33,654 nt of DNA, taken from the NCBI GenBank assembly GCA_964536885.1, contig CAZHYP010000002.1, positions 1 through 33,654 of the forward strand, read 5' to 3'. Position 1 is the stretch's first letter, and each line of letters begins with the position of its first letter. The notes under the pieces were generated by a model, which was given only the letters and a program-made list of their open reading frames with translations, did not search any database and was not told the origin of the DNA. Made by a program: the position numbers and the translations under genes. This document shows, in pieces, positions 1 to 8,436 of this stretch. This stretch comes from an uncultured Gammaproteobacteria bacterium (GTDB lineage: Bacteria > Patescibacteriota > Patescibacteriia > Patescibacteriales > UBA12465).

Positions 1-41
1 AATTAAAGTTCTATAGATGATATAGGGCTTTAATTGTATTT

Positions 42-299
42 ATGAAAAATTATATTGATCTTTATTCAAGAAAATTGGTGGTGGCGATGATTAGATTTTA
101 TCAAAAAACCTTTTCTTTTGATCATGGGCCACTAAAAAATTTCTATCCCCACGGCTTTTGCAAGTTTTACCCCAGTTGTTCACAGTATGGAATAGAAGCG
201 GTGGAAAAGTATGGTATAATTAGGGGAGGACTAAAAGCCGTTTGGCGCATCATGCGTTGTAACCCATGGAGCAAAGGCGGAAACGATCCTCTTATTTAA
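42..299 (+). CDS. yidD: membrane protein insertion efficiency factor YidD
   Basis: 85-aa ORF with YidD hallmark FYQK...CKFYPSCSQYGIEAVEKYG...G..LAVWRI.RCNPWSKGGNDP. Lies immediately upstream of yidC. Confidence 0.9.
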   Translation: MKNYIDLYSRKLVVAMIRFYQKTFSFDHGPLKNFYPHGFCKFYPSCSQYGIEAVEKYGIIRGGLKAVWRIMRCNPWSKGGNDPLI

Positions 300-320
300 T
301 ATATTTATTTATCTTTTATT

Positions 321-1082
321 ATGTCTTATCTTTATCAAGTTATTTGTTATCAGCCAGTTTTAAACATCCTTGTTTTTATCTATAGTCATGTTTTTGATTT
401 AGGTGTAGCTATTATTTTGCTTACCGTGGTAATTAAATTAGCTCTGTGGCCATTATCCCAAAAGGCAATTAAGTCTCAAGCTGAGCTTCAGGAAATTCAA
501 CCAAAAATTGATGAGCTTAAGAAAAAATATGCTGACAACAAAACTGCTTTAGGACAGGCCACAATGGATTTGTATAAAGAACATAAAATAAACCCATTAT
601 CATCCTGTCTTCCCTTGTTAATACAGCTTCCTTTTTTCTTTGCGGTGTTTACAGTTTTAAAAACAGGACTACACCAAGACTTAGGGCTTGTTTATTCTTT
701 CTTAACCAAACCAGAAACCTTTAACACACTATCGTTTGGTTTTATGGATCTTAGTAAGCCCGTTATTTATCTAGCGGTTCTAGCTGGTCTCGCTCAATTT
801 ATCCAAAGCAAAATGATGTTAGCAAAGCAAAAAAAGGCTAATATTAATCAAAAAACTGTAGAAAAAGGATCGGTTGAAGAAAGTATGTCAAACATCATGA
901 ATAAACAAATGACCTATATTCTTCCTATTATGACAATTGTTATTGGTGCCTCACTTCCTGGTGGACTAACATTATATTGGTTTGTGTTCACTGTTATAAC
1001 AGTGCTGCAGCAATTTATTGTTTTAAAAACTGCTAGCAATAAAATACCAACTGGACCTATCGAAGGAGAAATAATAAAGTAA
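321..1082 (+). CDS. yidC: membrane protein insertase YidC (short Oxa1-type)
   Basis: 253-aa polytopic ORF. Has an amphipathic KSQAELQEIQPKIDELKKKY segment followed by YKEHKINPLSSCLPLLIQLPFFFA, typical of the YidC core. yidD-yidC synteny. Confidence 0.9.
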   Translation: MSYLYQVICYQPVLNILVFIYSHVFDLGVAIILLTVVIKLALWPLSQKAIKSQAELQEIQPKIDELKKKYADNKTALGQATMDLYKEHKINPLSSCLPLLIQLPFFFAVFTVLKTGLHQDLGLVYSFLTKPETFNTLSFGFMDLSKPVIYLAVLAGLAQFIQSKMMLAKQKKANINQKTVEKGSVEESMSNIMNKQMTYILPIMTIVIGASLPGGLTLYWFVFTVITVLQQFIVLKTASNKIPTGPIEGEIIK

Positions 1083-1087
1083 GATAC

Positions 1088-1120
1088 AAAAAAACAGAGC
1101 TTTAAAAAACTCTGTTTTTT
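1088..1120. terminator. bidirectional intrinsic terminator between convergent yidC and kinase-like gene
   Basis: AAAAACAGAG-N10-CTCTGTTTTTT hairpin flanked by an A-run and a T-run. Confidence 0.5.
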
Positions 1121-1132
1121 ATATGGTTTTGT

Positions 1133-1879
1133 TTATTCAAAACTTCTGTCTTTACCGACCACAACATTTAACTTGCCGGCAATAACACTAATATCGGCTG
1201 GGGTTTTCAGTTCAATAATATCATCTAATATTAAGGGGTGGTTTTGATTGCTCACTCTTAGTTTATCAACTGATAAAAAACTTAAATCTTTTCCTTTACT
1301 TTTAATATAGATATCCAACTTACCATCAATTGGATTTACTTTAATGTTTTTATCATCATTGGCAGAGCTTTTAAGATTGAAAATGTTTATTGTACCTTTT
1401 TCTTGAGGTTCTAAAACATATTCTCCATTGATATCTATAACAGACCCCTGACTTTCAATGGTTGCTTTATTCAAAAAATAATAATTGTTTACAAAGCCAA
1501 TATCAATTTTTTTAACGCGACGAGCTAGTAGTATATTGCAAGCCTCTTCTTCTTTTTTAATTCCCAGTGAGTCAGCAATGGAGTTGTCTTCGCCTATTGG
1601 TATAATCGAAAAAAGAATGTTTTTTTGGAAAAAACCGTATAATTCATTATCAATTACCGATCCAATAATTTTATTAACGGTTTGATTATTGCCAACAGCC
1701 ACAATGGTTTTAGCACCATTTTTAATTTCATTTTGAATAACGTCGCGAATATTTTTGATAGCGCCTAGTCTGATTATCTTTCCGTTTAATCCTAAATCGG
1801 TTAAACGAATTTCCACCCGATTCAAAACCCGGCTATACTTGCTTTTGTTCAAGTAGTCATCATATATATAAATATTCAT
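1133..1879 (-). CDS. diacylglycerol/lipid kinase catalytic-domain family protein (YegS/BmrU-like) with divergent nucleotide motif
   Basis: N-terminal layout of DAGK_cat proteins: beta-strand start MNIYIYDD, then ...AKTIVAVGNNQTVNKIIG where GGDGT is normally found. At 248 aa it is shorter than typical members. Confidence 0.55.
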   Translation of the reverse strand: MNIYIYDDYLNKSKYSRVLNRVEIRLTDLGLNGKIIRLGAIKNIRDVIQNEIKNGAKTIVAVGNNQTVNKIIGSVIDNELYGFFQKNILFSIIPIGEDNSIADSLGIKKEEEACNILLARRVKKIDIGFVNNYYFLNKATIESQGSVIDINGEYVLEPQEKGTINIFNLKSSANDDKNIKVNPIDGKLDIYIKSKGKDLSFLSVDKLRVSNQNHPLILDDIIELKTPADISVIAGKLNVVVGKDRSFE

Positions 1880-1905
1880 ACATTTAAGCTAGTATATTTA
1901 TATAT

Positions 1906-2322
1906 TTATTCAGCTTCTTCTTCAATTTCTTCTGTTTCTGAGGCTGTTTTTGATTTAGTTTGTTTTCCGTTGTTAGCTACGTAAATAATTTGACCATTAA
2001 TTACAGCCCCTTTTTCAATAGAAATTTCTGAATAATTAACGTCACCAACAATCTTAGCTGTTGGACCAAGGGCTAAATATTGGCGAACCTTAAGAGAGCC
2101 CCTTACTTCACCGTTGATAATAGCGTCGCTTGCCTCAATGTTGGCAACGACCTTGGCTTTATCGCCGATAAAAAGATTAGCATCAGTTTTAATGCTTCCC
2201 TCGAGTTGTCCCTCAACTACAATGTTTCCTTCGCCGTAAAAGTTTCCTTTTACTTTGATAGAGGCACCAATAATAGTTTCGGCATCTTTAAATTTTTCTG
2301 GTTTGTTGTCTTTATTAAACAT
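1906..2322 (-). CDS. bactofilin (polymer-forming cytoskeletal protein)
   Basis: 138 aa. Repetitive beta-helix pattern IKVKGNFYGEGNIVVEGQLEGSIKTDANLFIGDKAKVVANIEASDAIINGEVRGSLKV...IVGDV...ISIEKGAVINGQI with an acidic C-terminal tail. Confidence 0.85.
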   Translation of the reverse strand: MFNKDNKPEKFKDAETIIGASIKVKGNFYGEGNIVVEGQLEGSIKTDANLFIGDKAKVVANIEASDAIINGEVRGSLKVRQYLALGPTAKIVGDVNYSEISIEKGAVINGQIIYVANNGKQTKSKTASETEEIEEEAE

Positions 2323-2460
2323 AGTTTTAAGAATCCAGGCGAATTAACCCCAAGGATTATAAAATAAGAGTAAATCTATAGACTAATTGTATGGTATCGC
2401 TTGGAGTTTGTCAAAGATTTGACTTAAAATCATAAAAAAAATATAGTTAAGAAGTGTCTT

Positions 2461-2532
2461 GTCCTTGTAGTTTAATGGATAAAACGAGAATCTCCTAAGT
2501 TCTAAATCCAGGTTCGATTCCTGGCAAGGACA
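2461..2532 (+). tRNA. tRNA-Arg (anticodon CCT)
   Basis: Cloverleaf by eye: acceptor GTCCTTG/CAAGGAC, anticodon stem AGAAT/GTTCT with loop CTCCTAA, T-arm CCAGG-TTCGATT-CCTGG. Confidence 0.9.
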
Positions 2533-2595
2533 CAATAATAAAAATATTGACTATTGAACTAGATGTCGCTATTATAATAAACAGCAAATATTTAT

Positions 2596-2669
2596 GGGCC
2601 ATTAGCTCAGTTGGCTAGAGTACTTCCATGGCATGGAAGGGGTCAAGGGTTCGAGTCCCTTATGGTCCA
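2596..2669 (+). tRNA. tRNA-Ala (anticodon GGC)
   Basis: Acceptor GGGCCAT/ATGGTCC with the G3:U70 alanine identity pair. Anticodon stem CTTCC/GGAAG with loop ATGGCAT. T-arm AAGGG-TTCGAGT-CCCTT. Confidence 0.9.
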
Positions 2670-2675
2670 CAGTTA

Positions 2676-2702
2676 AAGAAGCTTTTTGAGCTTCTTTTTT
2701 TG
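2676..2702 (+). terminator. intrinsic terminator after the tRNA-Arg/tRNA-Ala pair
   Basis: 8-bp stem AAGAAGCT/AGCTTCTT, loop TTTTG, followed by a T-run. Confidence 0.75.
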
Positions 2703-2734
2703 TTTGTCGAGATTATCGTGGACAAAATAGGTTT

Positions 2735-2750
2735 TGTTCCTCAAGGAACA
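2735..2750. promoter_or_regulatory. 16-bp perfect palindrome copy 1 (TGTTCCTCAAGGAACA), putative operator
   Basis: Perfect dyad read directly from the sequence. Identical to copy 2. Confidence 0.5.
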
Positions 2751-2781
2751 ATTAGCTTTTATGAAAAATATTAACCCTTAA

Positions 2782-2797
2782 TGTTCCTCAAGGAACA
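2782..2797. promoter_or_regulatory. 16-bp perfect palindrome copy 2 (TGTTCCTCAAGGAACA), putative operator
   Basis: Perfect dyad flanked on both sides by CCCTTAA (2775-2781 and 2801-2807). Confidence 0.5.
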
Positions 2798-2816
2798 CAG
2801 CCCTTAAATACAAAAA

Positions 2817-2832
2817 TGTTCCTTAAGGAACA
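2817..2832. promoter_or_regulatory. 16-bp perfect palindrome copy 3 (TGTTCCTTAAGGAACA), putative operator
   Basis: Perfect dyad that differs from copies 1 and 2 only at the two central positions. Ends 12 nt upstream of the trxB -35 box. Confidence 0.5.
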
Positions 2833-2844
2833 TAATTAAACGGG

Positions 2845-2873
2845 TTGCCAAGATACTCAAAAACCCCTATAAT
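2845..2873 (+). promoter_or_regulatory. sigma70-like promoter of trxB
   Basis: TTGCCA, 17-nt spacer, TATAAT. About 30 nt upstream of the ATG at 2906. Confidence 0.6.
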
Positions 2874-2905
2874 ATATAGTATAAACTAATTTAAAGTATA
2901 TATTT

Positions 2906-3847
2906 ATGATTTACGACACAATCATTATTGGATCTGGACCAGCTGGCATGACAGCTGCCATTTTTGCCACTCGTCGAGAGATGAAAACCTTGGTTATTGG
3001 TAGAGAACTTGGTGGACAGGTCGTTTGGGCGGGGGAAATCGAAAACTACCCTGGTTTTAAAAGTATTCAAAATTACGACTTAATTGAGAAGATGAGGGAC
3101 CAAACAGTTTCCTGTGGTGCTGAAATCAAAAGCGCCGAGGTAAATAAGATTGAAAAAGTTGATGATATGACCTTTAAGGTTATGACCAACAAGGAAGAGT
3201 TTTTAACAAAAACAATCATTTTAGCTATGGGGCTCTCCCCAAGACGTTTAGCCGTTCCGGGAGAGATTGAGTTTGCTGGTAAAGGGATTTCTTATTGCGC
3301 TAATTGTGACGGGCCATTATATAGAGGTAAAAGCGTTGCTGTAATTGGTGGTGGAAACGCCGCTTTTGACGCTGCTGAGGTTTTATCTAAGATTGCTAGT
3401 CAAGTTTACTTAATCCACCGCAACAAAGAATTCAAAGCCTTTGACTCATTAGTGTCTGACGTTGAGCAAAGAGAAAATATCACCATTCTAAGTGACACTA
3501 AAATTAAGGAAATTACTGGAAATGGTAAGGTTGAAAAGATAATTTATACTAATATTAGCGAAGAAGAGCAAGAAATTGCTGTTGATGGTGTTTTTATCGA
3601 AATCGGAAGAATTGCCAGCACTGATTTGGTGGCTGATTTTGTAGATCGTGATGAAAAAATGCAACTGGTAGTTAATACTAGAATGGAAACAAAAACTCCT
3701 GGTATTTTTGCAGTAGGTGACGTCGCAAATATTAGTGAGTTCAAACAAATAACAGTGGCTATTGGACAAGCAACCATTGGCGCTTTAGCGGCCTATAAAT
3801 ATTTACAAGAAAAAGAAAGCATCAAACCAGCAACTAAACTTTATTAA
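2906..3847 (+). CDS. trxB: thioredoxin-disulfide reductase
   Basis: 313 aa. FAD motif IIIGSGPAGMTAA, redox-active CANCDG (CxxC), NADPH motif VAVIGGGNAAFDAA, C-terminal GIFAVGDV. Confidence 0.9.
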   Translation: MIYDTIIIGSGPAGMTAAIFATRREMKTLVIGRELGGQVVWAGEIENYPGFKSIQNYDLIEKMRDQTVSCGAEIKSAEVNKIEKVDDMTFKVMTNKEEFLTKTIILAMGLSPRRLAVPGEIEFAGKGISYCANCDGPLYRGKSVAVIGGGNAAFDAAEVLSKIASQVYLIHRNKEFKAFDSLVSDVEQRENITILSDTKIKEITGNGKVEKIIYTNISEEEQEIAVDGVFIEIGRIASTDLVADFVDRDEKMQLVVNTRMETKTPGIFAVGDVANISEFKQITVAIGQATIGALAAYKYLQEKESIKPATKLY

Positions 3848-3901
3848 TTCATAAAATAGAAAAATTATGATATAATGTAACTAAGAAATTAATTTTATTT
3901 T

Positions 3902-5173
3902 ATGAATATTGCCAAAATAAATTTAGTAGCTGCTGATATGGGCTACGGACATCAACGAGCCGCCTATCCTTTAATGGATATTGCTCTTGATAATAAGATA
4001 ATATCTATTAATAGTTACGAAGACATTCCTCTTTGGGAAAAAAAATATTGGGAGAACAGTTTAAAGTCTTACGAAAAAATTTCTCGACTAAAAAAAATTC
4101 CTGTTTTGGGAAAAATAGTTTTTGAGATCATGGATGCTTTTCAAAAGATTGCTCCTTTCTATCCCGCTCGTGATTTATCAGAACCCACTATTCAAGAAAA
4201 ATTTTTTTATCGAATTGTTAAAAAGGGTTTGGGCAAAGATTTGATTGAAAAATTAAACAACACTAAACTGCCGTTTTTAACGACCTTTTTCGTAGCAGCT
4301 TATTTCGCCGAAGCTCAAAATTATCAAGGCGATATTTATTGTGTTATCTGCGATACTGATGCTTCTCGTGCTTGGGCTAATTTAGATTCAGATGATACTA
4401 GAGTTATTTATCTACTACCCAGTGAAAAAGTGCGCGAGCGTTTTATGATGTATGGCGTTCCTGAAAAGAATTTAATTGTTACTGGTTTTCCTTTACCGAA
4501 AGAAAATATTGGTGAGGATAAAGAAATTTTAAAATCAGATTTAGCAATTCGGTTGCGACTCCTTGATTCTAAGGGGGCTTACTTTGAAAAATATTCATCT
4601 CTTATAAAAAATTATTTGCCGGAAAAAGCTGTTACCAGACCGCTTACTATTACTTATGCTGTTGGTGGAGCGGGCGCACAGAAAGAAATTGGTCTGATAA
4701 TTTTACGAAACTTGAAAGATAAAATTTTAGCTGGTAACTTAGCTGTTAATTTAGTTGCTGGCAATCGTCCCGAAATCAAAGAATATTTTGAGGAAGGAAT
4801 TTATAATTTAGGACTCGATACTAACACCAATGTTAAAATAATTTTTGATGCTGATAAGGTTAACTATTTTAGAAAGTTTAATCAGGCTTTGCGTAGTACT
4901 GATATTTTGTGGACCAAACCATCGGAACTATCTTTTTATTGTGCTTTAGGACTGCCTATTATAATGTCGCAACCGGTGGGCTCTCAGGAAGATTTTAATC
5001 ACGAATGGCTTATTAATTTAGGCGCTGGCATTGACTCTTATGATCCAGAACATGTTGAAGAGTGGTTGCCAGATTTGTTAGAGTCAGGAAGATTAGCTCG
5101 CGCCGCTATGGACGGATTTCTAAATGCCGAGGCAATGGGCACATATAATATTGAAAAAATTTTTAACAAATAA
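3902..5173 (+). CDS. GT-B fold glycosyltransferase (MGDG-synthase/UgtP/MurG-like, GT28-type)
   Basis: 423 aa. N-terminal AADMGYGHQRAA resembles the G-x-GH-x-x-A motif of MGDG-synthase/MurG-type enzymes. Central YAVGGAGAQKE resembles the start of the second Rossmann domain. Confidence 0.45.
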   Translation: MNIAKINLVAADMGYGHQRAAYPLMDIALDNKIISINSYEDIPLWEKKYWENSLKSYEKISRLKKIPVLGKIVFEIMDAFQKIAPFYPARDLSEPTIQEKFFYRIVKKGLGKDLIEKLNNTKLPFLTTFFVAAYFAEAQNYQGDIYCVICDTDASRAWANLDSDDTRVIYLLPSEKVRERFMMYGVPEKNLIVTGFPLPKENIGEDKEILKSDLAIRLRLLDSKGAYFEKYSSLIKNYLPEKAVTRPLTITYAVGGAGAQKEIGLIILRNLKDKILAGNLAVNLVAGNRPEIKEYFEEGIYNLGLDTNTNVKIIFDADKVNYFRKFNQALRSTDILWTKPSELSFYCALGLPIIMSQPVGSQEDFNHEWLINLGAGIDSYDPEHVEEWLPDLLESGRLARAAMDGFLNAEAMGTYNIEKIFNK

Positions 5174-5176
5174 ACT

Positions 5177-6124
5177 ATGTCTTGGTTCCTGGTCGCTATT
5201 TTGGCTTATTTTTTGTTAGCAGTTGTTAACTTAACTGATAAGTTTTTAATTGATAATGTTGTTCGCAGCAGCAAAACTTATGCTTTTTTAGTTTGCTCTT
5301 TAGGCGCTTTGGTTTTCTTAATTTCACCTTGGTTTTTGCATTACCCGGGAGTTTTTTTACTGGGCGCCAACTTAATTACGGGGGCTATTTTCGCAGGGGC
5401 TATTTTCTTTTTGTATGAGGCTTTGCGACGTGGAGAAGCGGCGAGAACAATTATTTTAATTGGCGGGCTTATCCCGGTTTTTTCCATCTTTATTAGTTGG
5501 ATATTTTTAGGAGACACTTTTAATTTTGTTCAGATACTTGGTTTAATATTTCTCTTAATTGGAATATTTTTAGTGGCCTTTTTACCCGGTCGTCATTCTT
5601 TCTGGGAAAAACTCTGGCTTAGTTTAAGAAAAGAATATTACAAAAAAAGATCAATTCGTTTAATCTTATTAGCCTCTTTTTTTTATGCCGTATTTTTTAC
5701 GGCCACTAAATATGTTTATGCGTCCCAAGAATTCTGGAGTGCGTTTATCTGGGTAAGACTAGGGGCAATGATTACGGTTTTGTTTTTTCTGTTTAATAAA
5801 AAAAGCCGCCAAGAAATATTCGAAAATCTTAAAGGTAACAAAAAATCAAAACATAAAAATAAAAATATCTTTTTGTTTTTATTTAATCAGGGGCTGGGAT
5901 CTTTAAGCTTCATTCTGCAAAACTATGCCATCTTTTTAGGACCAGTGGCGATTATCACTGCTCTTCAGGGGGTTCAATATGCCATCATGATGTTCTTTTC
6001 TTTTTTTCTGGGAATGTTCTTTAAAGAATATAAAGAAAGATTTTCTTGGCGAACTCTTATTCAAAAAATTATTGTTTTAATTTTTATCAGTTTCGGTTTA
6101 TATTTTATTTCTCTTTATGTTTAA
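5177..6124 (+). CDS. polytopic membrane protein, DMT/EamA-like (possible glycolipid or sugar carrier transporter)
   Basis: 315 aa with about 9-10 hydrophobic helices in two halves, separated by a basic loop KKSRQEIFENLKGNKKSKHKNKN. Overlaps the next gene by 8 nt. Confidence 0.4.
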   Translation: MSWFLVAILAYFLLAVVNLTDKFLIDNVVRSSKTYAFLVCSLGALVFLISPWFLHYPGVFLLGANLITGAIFAGAIFFLYEALRRGEAARTIILIGGLIPVFSIFISWIFLGDTFNFVQILGLIFLLIGIFLVAFLPGRHSFWEKLWLSLRKEYYKKRSIRLILLASFFYAVFFTATKYVYASQEFWSAFIWVRLGAMITVLFFLFNKKSRQEIFENLKGNKKSKHKNKNIFLFLFNQGLGSLSFILQNYAIFLGPVAIITALQGVQYAIMMFFSFFLGMFFKEYKERFSWRTLIQKIIVLIFISFGLYFISLYV

Positions 6125-7142
6125 ATATAAAAATAAAAAAAATAGACTTTGGCTTATTACTCTGGCGGTATTTATCGCCCTACTTATTTATTTTGTTTTA
6201 GCTTTAAAGGTTTTTAACAATTATCCTGCAAAAATAGACTTAAAACACCGACCGGGAGAATTTGGCGTCACCTTTTCAAAAAAATATTGCGAAGAGCTGG
6301 CGTTAAATTGGAAAGAAACATATTTAGCAATTCTTGATGATTTGAAAGTGCGCTATTTAAGGTTGCCTGCTTATTGGGATGAAGTTGAAAAAGAAGAGGG
6401 CGTTTATGATTTTTCCGATTTTGATTATATGGTTAACGAGGCCAGCGCTAGGGATGCTAAAATAATTATTACTTTAGGAAGAAGACAGCCAAGGTGGCCA
6501 GAGTGTCATAGTCCGGCTTGGGTAAATAAAAAAAGCACCGAAGCGGCTCAACTTAGTTTACTTGAAACAATCAAAATAACCGTTTTGCGTTATAAAGATA
6601 ATCCAAATGTTGTTAATTGGCAAGTAGAAAACGAAGCGTTTTTAGGAACCTTTGGCGTCTGTCCTGAGTTCGATCAAAATTTTTTACAACAAGAAGTTGA
6701 TCTTGTTCGTTCTCTTGATTCGCGTCCTGTAATTATTACCGGCTCCGGTGAAATGAGCATGTGGCGCAAAGAAAAAGCTATGGGTGATGTTTTTGGAACC
6801 ACGATGTACCGGGTGGTTTATAATAGCTGGGCTGGTTATGTAAAATATTTTTTCCCTCAAGGTTTCTATAGTTTAAAAGCTAAGTTGGCTGGCATCGATC
6901 CGGCTGAGGCCTTAATTATTGAACTACAAACTGAACCTTGGGTGGCACAAGGTAAAATGATTTACCTAACTGAAAAACAAAAGAATATTACAATGAGCGT
7001 TGCTCAGTTTAAGGCCAATATACAATATGCAATTAACGAGAAGTTCAAACAAGTTTATGTTTGGGGGGTGGAATGGTGGTATTGGGAAAAATTATATGGC
7101 AACCCACAATATTGGGAAATTGGAAAAACTCTTTTTGATTAA
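6117..7142 (+). CDS. membrane-anchored glycoside hydrolase, clan GH-A TIM-barrel-like
   Basis: 341 aa with an N-terminal TM anchor. Contains YWDEVEKEEGVYDFSDFDYMVNEA and NWQVENEAF (an Asn-Glu acid/base-type motif), typical of GH5/GH42-like barrels. Confidence 0.5.
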   Translation: MFKYKNKKNRLWLITLAVFIALLIYFVLALKVFNNYPAKIDLKHRPGEFGVTFSKKYCEELALNWKETYLAILDDLKVRYLRLPAYWDEVEKEEGVYDFSDFDYMVNEASARDAKIIITLGRRQPRWPECHSPAWVNKKSTEAAQLSLLETIKITVLRYKDNPNVVNWQVENEAFLGTFGVCPEFDQNFLQQEVDLVRSLDSRPVIITGSGEMSMWRKEKAMGDVFGTTMYRVVYNSWAGYVKYFFPQGFYSLKAKLAGIDPAEALIIELQTEPWVAQGKMIYLTEKQKNITMSVAQFKANIQYAINEKFKQVYVWGVEWWYWEKLYGNPQYWEIGKTLFD

Positions 7143-8224
7143 CGTTTAAGAGTTATAATGTCTACTATCTTATTTTCTTCTTGATCAACAAAATTCTTAA
7201 AAATCCGTCCCGGTTCTTCTTGGCGGATTTTTTGATTAGCCAGAGCGGCATCAATATTAAAGAAAGAATCAAAAATAGCCAACCCAGCACGTAGAGCATC
7301 ATGAGCGTTGCATAATTGTTCATACTGATTCTTAACCGGAACCATAAGAATGTTTTTTTGTAGATAAGCTGCTTCGGAGATAGAATCAAAACCACCAGTG
7401 GATATGTAAGTTGAACAATCACGAAGTAAATCTAAGAACTTCTGCCCACTGATAGGATGAAAATTCAAATTAGGGCCAAAAGACTTAACATTTGGCTCGT
7501 CTTTCTTATCCCAAAAAGCTTCAATTTTTTGTTCGGGATTTTTTTCAGACCAAATTTTTATCTCATCGCAGTAACCAGGATTTAACATGTATGACAAAAT
7601 AAAGTCTTGGCGAGTCGGTACTAATTTTTTTATTTCCTGACGGATCAGTGGTGGGCAAACATAGATTTTTCTGTCAGGAATATCAACCTCTTTAGTAAAT
7701 GACAGTGCTAACAGTGCTTGCGAACCATAAGAAGTTAAGTGATTGTAGAAAGAAAAATACTCATAGTCTTTAAAATGCCCCTCGGGTTTTTTAAAAACAG
7801 GATGTTCAATAAAAAATTGGTGTCCCACTGAAAAACAAGGTATCTTATTCTTAAAAAATAAATTATAAATACCACACAATGGTTCGAAAAAATTAACTAT
7901 CACATCAGGTTGATATTGTTTGTATAGCTTATGAATATTTTTTAAGCTAATGATATAGGCTCTAAGACGCAGAAGGTTAAAAACAATACTTTTTCTAAAA
8001 TCAATTCCAGTACCATCTTTGTTAACTAGAAAATAGGGGCTTTTAATATAATGTATTGGAGCAGAGATTCCTTCAATAAAGAAGTCAGGTGTTTTCCTAA
8101 TAGGATTTTGGTTCATTATAACACTAATAATTTCATGGCCCTGGTCTCGCAGTTCTTCCGCTAAAGACAGCGCCTGAGTCATGTGCCCTCGTCCCTCAGA
8201 TTGAACAAAAAAAATGTATTTCAT
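7139..8224 (-). CDS. GT-B glycosyltransferase (MJ1255/TIGR00661-like, MurG-related)
   Basis: 361 aa. N-terminus MKYIFFVQSEGRGHMTQALSLAEEL carries the G-x-GH-x-x-(R/Q) motif. C-terminal GGFDSISEA resembles the donor-binding segment. Confidence 0.6.
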   Translation of the reverse strand: MKYIFFVQSEGRGHMTQALSLAEELRDQGHEIISVIMNQNPIRKTPDFFIEGISAPIHYIKSPYFLVNKDGTGIDFRKSIVFNLLRLRAYIISLKNIHKLYKQYQPDVIVNFFEPLCGIYNLFFKNKIPCFSVGHQFFIEHPVFKKPEGHFKDYEYFSFYNHLTSYGSQALLALSFTKEVDIPDRKIYVCPPLIRQEIKKLVPTRQDFILSYMLNPGYCDEIKIWSEKNPEQKIEAFWDKKDEPNVKSFGPNLNFHPISGQKFLDLLRDCSTYISTGGFDSISEAAYLQKNILMVPVKNQYEQLCNAHDALRAGLAIFDSFFNIDAALANQKIRQEEPGRIFKNFVDQEENKIVDIITLKR

Positions 8225-8278
8225 AGATATTTGTTTACCATATAATTATGGCAATAATTGTTTTCTTTGGCAACCAAC

Positions 8279-8311
8279 AAAAAAAGAAGCCCATTTAGAG
8301 CTCCTTTTTTT
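8279..8311 (-). terminator. intrinsic terminator downstream of tRNA-Gly
   Basis: On the minus strand: AGGAGC-N9-GCUUCU (one G.U pair) followed by a U7 tract. Confidence 0.45.
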
Positions 8312-8317
8312 AATTTG

Positions 8318-8390
8318 AGCGGGTAGGGGGAATCGAACCCCCATCCTCAGCTTGGAAGGCTGATATAAAAAACCATTATACGATACCCGC
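8318..8390 (-). tRNA. tRNA-Gly (anticodon TCC)
   Basis: Reverse complement gives acceptor GCGGGTA/TACCCGC, anticodon stem-loop TCAGC-CTTCCAA-GCTGA and T-arm GGGGG-TTCGATT-CCCCC. Confidence 0.85.
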
Positions 8391-8436
8391 TTAACTTATA
8401 GATATAATAACTGAACTTCACCCACTAGTCAACAGC

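Noticed and set aside
1-35. 8-bp inverted repeat AATTAAAG...CTTTAATT at the window start.
   Set aside because: It is AT-only with a 19-nt loop and its context is truncated by the window edge. It could be the tail of an upstream terminator.
1485-3777. Small antisense ORFs 1485-1685, 2080-2367, 3488-3769 and 3544-3777.
   Set aside because: Each lies wholly within, and opposite to, a gene with strong family signatures (kinase-like, bactofilin, trxB).
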